A DNA stretch of 12,667 nt from an uncultured bacterium (lineage in GTDB: Bacteria > JAJVIF01 > JAPKYR01): positions 1 through 12,667 of the forward strand of contig CBDURU010000105.1 in the NCBI GenBank assembly GCA_965369865.1, in the 5' to 3' direction. The notes beneath the pieces were generated by a model. It saw only the letters and a list, made by a program, of their open reading frames with translations. It ran no database searches and was not told where the DNA came from. Of the stretch, positions 1 through 6,132 are shown one piece after another. A program made the translations under genes and the position numbers. Every line of letters starts with the position of its first letter. The first letter of the stretch is position 1.

Positions 1-68
1 GATTTTCGAGGCTTGGGGGATGGAGATGTCTCACTTTGCTTGTCAACGGCACCCGATTTGATTGCCAT
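1..68 (-). CDS. Probable 5' end of a gene running off the left edge (MAIKSGAVDKQSETSPSPKPRK...), possibly co-transcribed with the GT4 gene
   Basis: ATG at 68-66, 39 nt downstream of the GT4 stop; frame is open to the window edge. No clear RBS and too short to assign a product. Confidence 0.35.
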   Translation of the reverse strand, partial: MAIKSGAVDKQSETSPSPKPRK

Positions 69-107
69 GTTGTTAGTTTGGGGAATATTTAATATTGATA
101 TTCAAGG

Positions 108-1751
108 TTATTTCAAGCTGTACAGGTGATCGAGGATTCTCCCGACATGAGCGTCCCATGTATGATTTTCAAGGGCCTTCCGCTTTGCGGCTTCGCCAAG
201 TTTGCCTCTAAGTTCCATGTTATCGCACAGGCGGCCGATAGCGGTGGCGAGTTCCCCTGCATTTCCGGGTTTTACCAGGAGGGCGGTTACTTCATGTTCG
301 AGGATCTCGCCAAGCTGATCGAGATCGGAAGCAATGATGCCTTTGCCGAGAGCCATGTATTCAAACAGCTTGGTCGGACTCCCGAAAAACGGGGTTCTGT
401 CGGGATTGGGTACGTGGGGGCTGAGGAAAAAATCCGAGCACATCAGGTATTTCGGTGCCTCATCCTGGGGTATAAGTCCGCTGAAAGTTACACGATTAAG
501 GACATCGGAAATCCTGAGTTGATCTTTCATCCTGTTAATCAACGGCCCTCCCCCGATCAAAAGAAAATGCAGCCTTGAATTATTTTTCAGCGCAAGCGGT
601 ATGGCTTTCGCGAGCACCTCGACCCCATGCCACGGGCTGAAAGTGCCGATGAACCCTGCCACGAGAGTGCCGCCAGGAATTCCAAGGCTGGATTTCAGAT
701 CATTAATTTCATCATCCGAAAAACGATCCGGATTAAACGTGTCGGGGTTTACGGCATTGGGATTAACCAGAATCCGATTTTCATCGATACCACGTTCCAG
801 AAGTTCATCTTTTAAAGGCTTTGATACAACTGTAATCATATCCGCCGACTGGAGAACGTAGTCCTCAATTTTTTTAGCGATCCCCGGTAGTTTCAGACTC
901 GTGCCCCAGTGCTTTTTAATCCAGACCTCGCTTCCATTATATTCAAGGATCAAAGGCACGCCGAGCTTATTAGAAATTGTTACGGGAACAAAACTGTCCA
1001 GGGCATACCTCGCGTATACCGCGTCGGGCGGTTTCATTTTCAGAGCTTTCATTCCAATGTCCAGGACAAGCCGGTTATAAAAAAGGAGCGACATTTCATG
1101 AATATTACGGTAAAAATTATCAGGCCGGATAATAATCGATCGCGCGGATTCATCAACAAGCAAAGGTTTCTCAGGGGCGATTATATCGATGCTTAATCCC
1201 CGTTTGAGAAACGCGTTGATAACTCCCGCGACGTGCCCGATACTTCCACCGGCCTTAACACCGAACCAAAGATCGGTTTTCAAATACAGGATCCTGCGCA
1301 CGCTGCCTTTTGCGACATGGCGCATTGTTGTGAATCCCTTAAGGCCCCCGGTGACCCTGTTATTCACATTTCTTACTAACTGCCGCCCTGCGATCGCCTG
1401 GGAAAACGCCGATGGTAATTCGTTTACGATCAGGCCGGTCCATGTAAGGGGATAAGTTACGCCTTTTGTATCAATTGCCACTCGCCTTAGGGCAGGCACC
1501 ATGCACGCGAGTATGTAAAGAGCGGTATGTCGCGATTGGTGGTCCCAGTCGAAGCTATAGATCGCGAAGATCCCACCGCCGGATTCGCGATGGATTTTTT
1601 TCACCAAGCCAAGCCCTCCCAAAGGGCCGCGGTTTTTTATTTCCGATCCTCTAATAAAAGTGCATGATTTAACCCCCAGCATTTTGCCGAGGGATTCTTC
1701 ATCGATTTCGTCGATGGGGAGAAGGCTGAGTATTGTAGCGTGATCTTGCAT
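108..1751 (-). CDS. Glycosyltransferase family 4 (GT-B fold, WbuB-like) with a ~150-aa N-terminal extension
   Basis: 547-aa ORF with GT4 motifs RILYL...AGGSIGHV, ADMITVVS, ILVNPNAV, GFIGTFSPWHGVEVL, FLLIGGG, GSPTKLFEYMALGKGIIASD, LLVKPGNAGELA and HTWD. Confidence 0.93.
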   Translation of the reverse strand: MQDHATILSLLPIDEIDEESLGKMLGVKSCTFIRGSEIKNRGPLGGLGLVKKIHRESGGGIFAIYSFDWDHQSRHTALYILACMVPALRRVAIDTKGVTYPLTWTGLIVNELPSAFSQAIAGRQLVRNVNNRVTGGLKGFTTMRHVAKGSVRRILYLKTDLWFGVKAGGSIGHVAGVINAFLKRGLSIDIIAPEKPLLVDESARSIIIRPDNFYRNIHEMSLLFYNRLVLDIGMKALKMKPPDAVYARYALDSFVPVTISNKLGVPLILEYNGSEVWIKKHWGTSLKLPGIAKKIEDYVLQSADMITVVSKPLKDELLERGIDENRILVNPNAVNPDTFNPDRFSDDEINDLKSSLGIPGGTLVAGFIGTFSPWHGVEVLAKAIPLALKNNSRLHFLLIGGGPLINRMKDQLRISDVLNRVTFSGLIPQDEAPKYLMCSDFFLSPHVPNPDRTPFFGSPTKLFEYMALGKGIIASDLDQLGEILEHEVTALLVKPGNAGELATAIGRLCDNMELRGKLGEAAKRKALENHTWDAHVGRILDHLYSLK

Positions 1752-1820
1752 CTTGAACTTCAGCCTGTTCGCTCAACGCCTCCTTTACTGGCAGTAATCA
1801 TCCGGAGAACTTTACCCCTG

Positions 1821-1838
1821 GTAGTGGTCCGGTTTGAA
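1821..1838 (+). repeat. Outer left terminal motif copy GTAGTGGTCCGGTTTGAA
   Basis: 14/18 identical to the reverse complement of 3435-3452 (GTAGTGGGTCAGATTGAA). Confidence 0.65.
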
Positions 1839-1867
1839 ATAGTATCGGGTAACTCGGCAATTTGGTG

Positions 1868-1880
1868 GTAGTGGGTCAGA
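1868..1880 (+). repeat. Inner left inverted repeat GTAGTGGGTCAGA
   Basis: Exact reverse complement of 3440-3452 (13/13). Confidence 0.85.
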
Positions 1881-1978
1881 AGGTATTAGTTTTGGCGGTC
1901 CTGATGATAAGATAATATGAGGTTTTTTTCATGGTATTTTTCATCTTAACCCTATTTTTTTGACAGATTTTAAGTTAT

Positions 1979-2011
1979 ATTAAGAGAGATTAAGAGAGAT
2001 TAAGAGAGATT
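1979..2011 (+). repeat. 10-bp tandem repeat (ATTAAGAGAG)x3 plus ATT
   Basis: TAAGAGAGAT occurs perfectly at 1981, 1991 and 2001; a degenerate unit TAAGTTATAT lies at 1971. Confidence 0.92.
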
Positions 2012-2106
2012 TGGATTCAACTAAAAGCATTCATCGCTGAGCTATGATGAGCCTTCACTGCCATCTAGGTGCAAAATATATGTTTATTGTGGTGGGACAC
2101 CATTCC

Positions 2107-2135
2107 TTGACACTCCCAACCCGATCATGTAGAAT
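2107..2135 (+). promoter_or_regulatory. Sigma70-type promoter of the cassette operon
   Basis: TTGACA (2107-2112), 17-bp spacer, TAGAAT (2130-2135); lies 43 nt upstream of ATG 2179. Confidence 0.75.
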
Positions 2136-2178
2136 TCACACCCTCACACAAAGGTTAATAAGCTCAGAGCACAGACGA

Positions 2179-2928
2179 ATGAGTGTCTTCTTTTGGTTGT
2201 TTTATTGTCCATTTAAAAAGGGCATTTACCCTCCTCTAATTACTTTTGTCCTACTAGAGGCCGGTTTTATATTGGCTCTTTATAAATTTTCATTTTTACC
2301 AGAGCAAAATCTCTACATCCAGCTGTTATTAATTTTCTGTATGCTGTTAGGACTCATAATGCTAGTATTTGAGGTGTGGACCCGGCACATAGAGGCTGGG
2401 AGTTCATTCCCGGTCCCCATCAACCCAGTAATCAGATGCAACTTGGATCTGGTTTATCAAAAAGCGGTGGAAGAAAATGACACTAAAGTCGCTGAACATT
2501 CAAGATTCACGATTCTCCGTATTTTTAGAGGGGCACTGAAGCCGTATTTAGTACCTGCAGAGCGATGCGGAGCATATGAAGATCACATATCTAGAGCTAG
2601 GTTTGGACTCGGTGAGGGTGGAGCTGGCCAAGCTTGGAGCAAAGGAGTAAAGCAAATCCAAGCAGCGTCGTGTACTTATCAAGAAGATCAAAGACAGTGG
2701 GCAACGGATATGAAGCTTAGCGAAAGCCAAGCAAGACAACTGAATATCCACCCAAATGTTATTGCTTGTATACCAATTAAACATGATAGACATATTATTG
2801 CAGTACTAAGCATTGACCTTGATGGATTGCTCATTACTGATCAGCAGGTAGTCAGAAAATGGGTGGAAGACGTAGAAAAGTACATTGAGCCTTACCTGGC
2901 AACACACGTGTCCTGTACTGTAGGATAG
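2179..2928 (+). CDS. Uncharacterised membrane protein with two TM helices and a GAF-like domain (249 aa)
   Basis: Start moved from 2044 to ATG 2179 because the promoter lies inside the longer ORF. Hydrophobic segments PLITFVLLEAGFILALY and LYIQLLLIFCMLLGLIMLVFEVW. GAF-like motifs FGLGEGGAGQAW and IACIPIKHDRHIIAVLSID. Confidence 0.72.
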   Translation: MSVFFWLFYCPFKKGIYPPLITFVLLEAGFILALYKFSFLPEQNLYIQLLLIFCMLLGLIMLVFEVWTRHIEAGSSFPVPINPVIRCNLDLVYQKAVEENDTKVAEHSRFTILRIFRGALKPYLVPAERCGAYEDHISRARFGLGEGGAGQAWSKGVKQIQAASCTYQEDQRQWATDMKLSESQARQLNIHPNVIACIPIKHDRHIIAVLSIDLDGLLITDQQVVRKWVEDVEKYIEPYLATHVSCTVG

Positions 2929-2944
2929 TTTGAGGAGAACAACG

Positions 2945-3415
2945 ATGGTTAATGAACTGAAGAAAGAGATCCCTATACAATCGCGTGAGATATACGCAGA
3001 ATTTGAGGATGTCGAGGGAGAACCACATCTCAAAATGGGCCTCACACTTCAGGATATACCTGACAGCGTGGAGATTAGTGTGAGAGGCTCAAGTCTAATA
3101 CACAAATTTCACTACTCAGACAGCCAAGGTTACGAGTCCCATATCCCTGATGACATGCCCTATCTTACGTTATACTTAGGTACTGTAGATGGTATTTTGA
3201 TCGGTTTCGAAATAGATTTCGCCAAAATGCCGGGTGGGGAAACAAAGAAGGTTACTCTTGCCTTTGAAGACAAAGAAACATATGAAGCTGTACGATCAGA
3301 GCTTGATAAGTTAGCAGCCGAAGCGCGGGGTAAGCAAAATGTTCTCAAGTCAATGAACTTCACAGCAATTGGCCGGATTCTTGAAGACCACATTATGGCA
3401 ACGGCGAATGGTTAG
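2945..3415 (+). CDS. Uncharacterised small acidic protein (156 aa); weak DUF2283-like motif
   Basis: RBS GAGGAG (2932-2937) lies 7 nt before ATG 2945; the ATG is 16 nt after the upstream stop, consistent with an operon. LTLYLGTVDGILIGFEID resembles the DUF2283 'G-x-x-x-G-x-E-I' strand (weak). Confidence 0.75.
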   Translation: MVNELKKEIPIQSREIYAEFEDVEGEPHLKMGLTLQDIPDSVEISVRGSSLIHKFHYSDSQGYESHIPDDMPYLTLYLGTVDGILIGFEIDFAKMPGGETKKVTLAFEDKETYEAVRSELDKLAAEARGKQNVLKSMNFTAIGRILEDHIMATANG

Positions 3416-3434
3416 TTGGAGATCAAAGCAGCGA

Positions 3435-3452
3435 TTCAATCTGACCCACTAC
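3435..3452 (-). repeat. Right terminal motif TTCAATCTGACCCACTAC
   Basis: Inverted relative to both left copies; ends 1 nt before the yebC stop codon (3454-3456). Confidence 0.85.
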
Positions 3453-3453
3453 T

Positions 3454-4206
3454 TCAGCCCTCGAACGCTTCCATTTCGGATTCATCAATGTCGAAATTCG
3501 ACCAGACATCCTGAACATCGTCGTTGTCCTCGAGCATTTCCATCATTTTAAGGACATTCTGCGCGACCTTTCCGGATACCCGGACAGTCGATATGGGCTG
3601 CATAATTAATTCGGAGTTGGCAAGTATAATTTCAGCTTTCTCAAGACCGGATTTTACGTCGTTAAAACTGGTGTATTCCGTGTAGATATCCCACATGTCC
3701 CCGCCGTCCTCGATATCATCGGCCCCAGCCTCAAGCGCTATCTCAAAAACCTCATCCTCCGTGATGGTGTCCTTTTTTATCTGGATGAAACCCTTTCTTT
3801 CAAACTGGTATGCGACACTGCCGCTTCCTCCAAGATTGCCGCCGGCCTTTGCAAATATGTGGCGGATATCCGCGGCCGTCCGGTTTTTATTATCGGTCAG
3901 CGCCTCGGCAAGGATTGCCACTCCTCCGGGGCCATAGCCTTCATAGGCGATCTCTTCCCAGTTTTCACTTGCCGCTTCAGCCCCGCTGCCCCGCTTGATG
4001 GCACGTTCAATATTGTCGAGGGGCAGGTTGTTCTGCCTGGCCTTGTCGACGATGGTTTTCAGGCGTATGTTGCCGCTGATATCACCGCCGCCCTCCCTTG
4101 CAGCGACGGTGATCTCCTTAATCAGCTTGGAGAAGAGCTTTCCCCTTTTGGCGTCGGTAGCCCCTTTTTTGCGTTTAATCTTGCTCCACTTAGAATGACC
4201 AGACAT
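3454..4206 (-). CDS. yebC: YebC/PmpR (TACO1) family protein, 250 aa
   Basis: Signature motifs MSGHSKWSKIKRKKG, YEGYGPGGVA, TDNKNRTAADIR and LEDNDDVQDVWSN. RBS GGAGGA (4218-4213) supports the start at 4206 rather than 4302. Confidence 0.97.
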   Translation of the reverse strand: MSGHSKWSKIKRKKGATDAKRGKLFSKLIKEITVAAREGGGDISGNIRLKTIVDKARQNNLPLDNIERAIKRGSGAEAASENWEEIAYEGYGPGGVAILAEALTDNKNRTAADIRHIFAKAGGNLGGSGSVAYQFERKGFIQIKKDTITEDEVFEIALEAGADDIEDGGDMWDIYTEYTSFNDVKSGLEKAEIILANSELIMQPISTVRVSGKVAQNVLKMMEMLEDNDDVQDVWSNFDIDESEMEAFEG

Positions 4207-4239
4207 AGATAATCCTCCAGACCAGGGTCGGTAGAAATT

Positions 4240-4268
4240 ATTATATCCGATTGTCGGCAGGATATAAA
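4240..4268 (-). promoter_or_regulatory. Putative sigma70 promoter of yebC
   Basis: Minus-strand TATAAT (4245-4240) with TTTATA (4268-4263) at 17-bp spacing. Confidence 0.55.
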
Positions 4269-4370
4269 ATACCGGGCGCGGGAAACCCCGGTACGGTTGC
4301 ACATCGTTGAAATCAACTGTATCTTTTGCCTGCGTATGAATATTGTTTATCCCGGAAGAGGACAGTCCAG

Positions 4371-6059
4371 ATGAAATCCAGACGAATATTAATCCTGATT
4401 ACGTTTGCTCTACTGATAATCGGCCTTCCAGGTCCGGCCCGTGCCCAGGATGAAACGGGAATGATTGAATTCTCAATCCTGATGGATGATCTTGTCGATA
4501 AGATTGTCATCATCGAGAATGCCTACTCGCTGTCGCTTACAGGCTCGATCGCGAGGACCCGAAGGCTCGAAGCTTACACGGACCTGATCCCGGAGATCGA
4601 AAGCATCGGTACTGCCGCCGAGGGCAGGTCCGACAAGAATTCATTGCTTTTAGAGATGCTGATCGATGTCGCGAGCCTGATGGATCCTCTGAATGACGAT
4701 TTCATGCCTGTGCTCGAGGAGTTGTGGGTCCGGTCGGTTGTTTTACGGTGCGAGACGCGGGGGATCGGGCCGGAAATTGTTAAAGATTACATAAGGCGGG
4801 AATCGTCGGGTTTTGTAGCCAACCGCGGAAATTTCTCACACCCGGAATTCGACCAGGCAGCCCTTAATGTTGAGGACCAGGTTAATATCTTTTTCACCGG
4901 ATTCGGACTGATCGTTCTTGTTCATATGGACGGCGGATTGGATTACGCGATCGAAATCTATGAAGATGCCACCGACCTCAAGGGCTATTTTACCAACCAG
5001 TTGATGTTCAGGGCGGTTGACCTGGACGTCGACGGCCTGCCGGTCCTCGAAAGAATCCTTCGGGATTCTGAAGGTACGCCGATTGTTACAGAACTCCTGT
5101 ACGGCATGATCGCGGGGAAACTGCTGGGTCCGGCAGGGCAGTTTGGAAACGAGTTGACCCTCACAGTCGAATGGAAATCAACGATAGCGGACTGGACTTT
5201 CGATTATATAACCATCCCCGACCGTCTCGAAGCCAGGCTTGAGGTGCCGTTCTACGGTGTGGACTTCGAGTACGGCGATCTCATCGCGGAAGCCCTCCTC
5301 GGACTGCTCGGGCCGATAGGGAAACCAAAAATCCTTGAACTTCTCTCATCGGAAGATCTTATGAGAAATGTAATCGGACTTGAATCGCTCCGATGGTTTG
5401 ATATCGACAGGTATCCGGATGATGCTGCGGAACTTTTCGAGACTGCCGAACCCCTGATGGCAAAAACCGATTTTACACTGGCGGTACTGGCGAAAGAAGC
5501 TTTCGACGCCGATACATATTACATTGGCGAACCGTACGATGAAACCCGTCGAGCGCGAATCGCCGCGAATATTCCCCACCTGTGCGATCTCATGCGGCGC
5601 GCGTATGAACATGAGGCTATAGAATACATCGCCAGCACGGCATGGCTTGATATTTACCAGGAAGGGAGCCTTGTCGATCTTCTAGTCGACTGCATGCCAA
5701 TGGTCGCGCAGGTTGTGAATTCCGATTTTCTGGCTAAACAGGAAAACCCTGACATTTCACTTCCCGAAGGGGAAGTTAAACTCATAACCTATTTCATTCC
5801 CTTGGATAACCTGGTACTTTTCACCTCCACCGAGGAAGCGGTTCTGGGGTTCCTTCTCGATGAACTCGATGGTGATGAGATTAACCCGTTCAGGATATGG
5901 ACCTATGTCGATTACCTGAATGCCTGGGTAGACTCGGGCGGCGAGATATCGGATGAATGGTTGAACGCTCTAATTCGAATCAGGGCATGGACGAACAGCG
6001 GCGCATCATTGATCCAGGGGGATGAATTGAAAAGCAGGCTGGATGAAATGATGTTTTGA
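4371..6059 (+). CDS. Secreted acidic hypothetical protein, probably alpha-helical and possibly HEAT-like (562 aa)
   Basis: GAGGA precedes ATG 4371. Sec signal peptide MKSRRILILITFALLIIGLPGPARA|QDE. Rich in D/E/L, with HEAT-like segments such as LGPIGKPKILELLSSED. Confidence 0.8.
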   Translation: MKSRRILILITFALLIIGLPGPARAQDETGMIEFSILMDDLVDKIVIIENAYSLSLTGSIARTRRLEAYTDLIPEIESIGTAAEGRSDKNSLLLEMLIDVASLMDPLNDDFMPVLEELWVRSVVLRCETRGIGPEIVKDYIRRESSGFVANRGNFSHPEFDQAALNVEDQVNIFFTGFGLIVLVHMDGGLDYAIEIYEDATDLKGYFTNQLMFRAVDLDVDGLPVLERILRDSEGTPIVTELLYGMIAGKLLGPAGQFGNELTLTVEWKSTIADWTFDYITIPDRLEARLEVPFYGVDFEYGDLIAEALLGLLGPIGKPKILELLSSEDLMRNVIGLESLRWFDIDRYPDDAAELFETAEPLMAKTDFTLAVLAKEAFDADTYYIGEPYDETRRARIAANIPHLCDLMRRAYEHEAIEYIASTAWLDIYQEGSLVDLLVDCMPMVAQVVNSDFLAKQENPDISLPEGEVKLITYFIPLDNLVLFTSTEEAVLGFLLDELDGDEINPFRIWTYVDYLNAWVDSGGEISDEWLNALIRIRAWTNSGASLIQGDELKSRLDEMMF

Positions 6060-6064
6060 GATTA

Positions 6065-6132
6065 CATGTGCAGGATGCACATGCGACTGAAGATCATGTG
6101 CAGAATGCACATGTTACAGATGCACATGTTAC
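6065..6132 (-). repeat. REP-like hairpin cluster (2.5 units) between convergent genes
   Basis: CATGTGCA-GGA-TGCACATG (6065-6083), CATGTGCA-GAA-TGCACATG-TTAC (6095-6117) and half unit TGCACATG-TTAC (6121-6132). Confidence 0.8.

Larger units (their letters stand above)
1821..3452. mobile_element. Putative non-autonomous gene cassette bounded by inverted repeats, carrying two genes
   Basis: Terminal inverted motifs at 1821-1838 and 1868-1880 versus 3435-3452. Interior is AT-richer (spot counts 16/60 GC at 2281-2340 and 24/60 at 2941-3000, versus 30/60 at 5041-5100). Cargo is opposite in orientation to both flanking genes. No mobility gene recognised. Confidence 0.65.

Noticed and set aside
126..1654. 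Plus-strand ORFs opposite the GT4 gene, and similar shadow ORFs opposite the other long genes
   Set aside because: Antisense or alternate-frame shadows of well-supported CDSs, with no recognisable protein motifs.
1699..1786. Strong SD-like AAAGGAGG followed by TTG at 1776, opening a 25-codon out-of-frame peptide over the GT4 start
   Set aside because: Only 2 nt separate the SD and the TTG, and nothing supports a leader peptide or frameshift. The GT4 start therefore remains somewhat uncertain.
1979..2011. Repeats here and at 6065-6132 considered as CRISPR arrays
   Set aside because: Units are too short, there are no unique spacers of CRISPR length, and no cas genes are present.
2044..2178. 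45-codon N-terminal extension of the 2TM-GAF ORF
   Set aside because: It contains the near-consensus promoter at 2107-2135, so it is probably untranslated.
4270..4293. Hairpin TACCGGG / CCCGGTA between divergent genes
   Set aside because: A 7-bp stem with no T-tract and no second copy; insufficient evidence of function.
4207..4302. N-terminal extension of YebC in the ORF track
   Set aside because: The family starts at M[SA]GHSKW, and the RBS and -10 box lie inside the extension.
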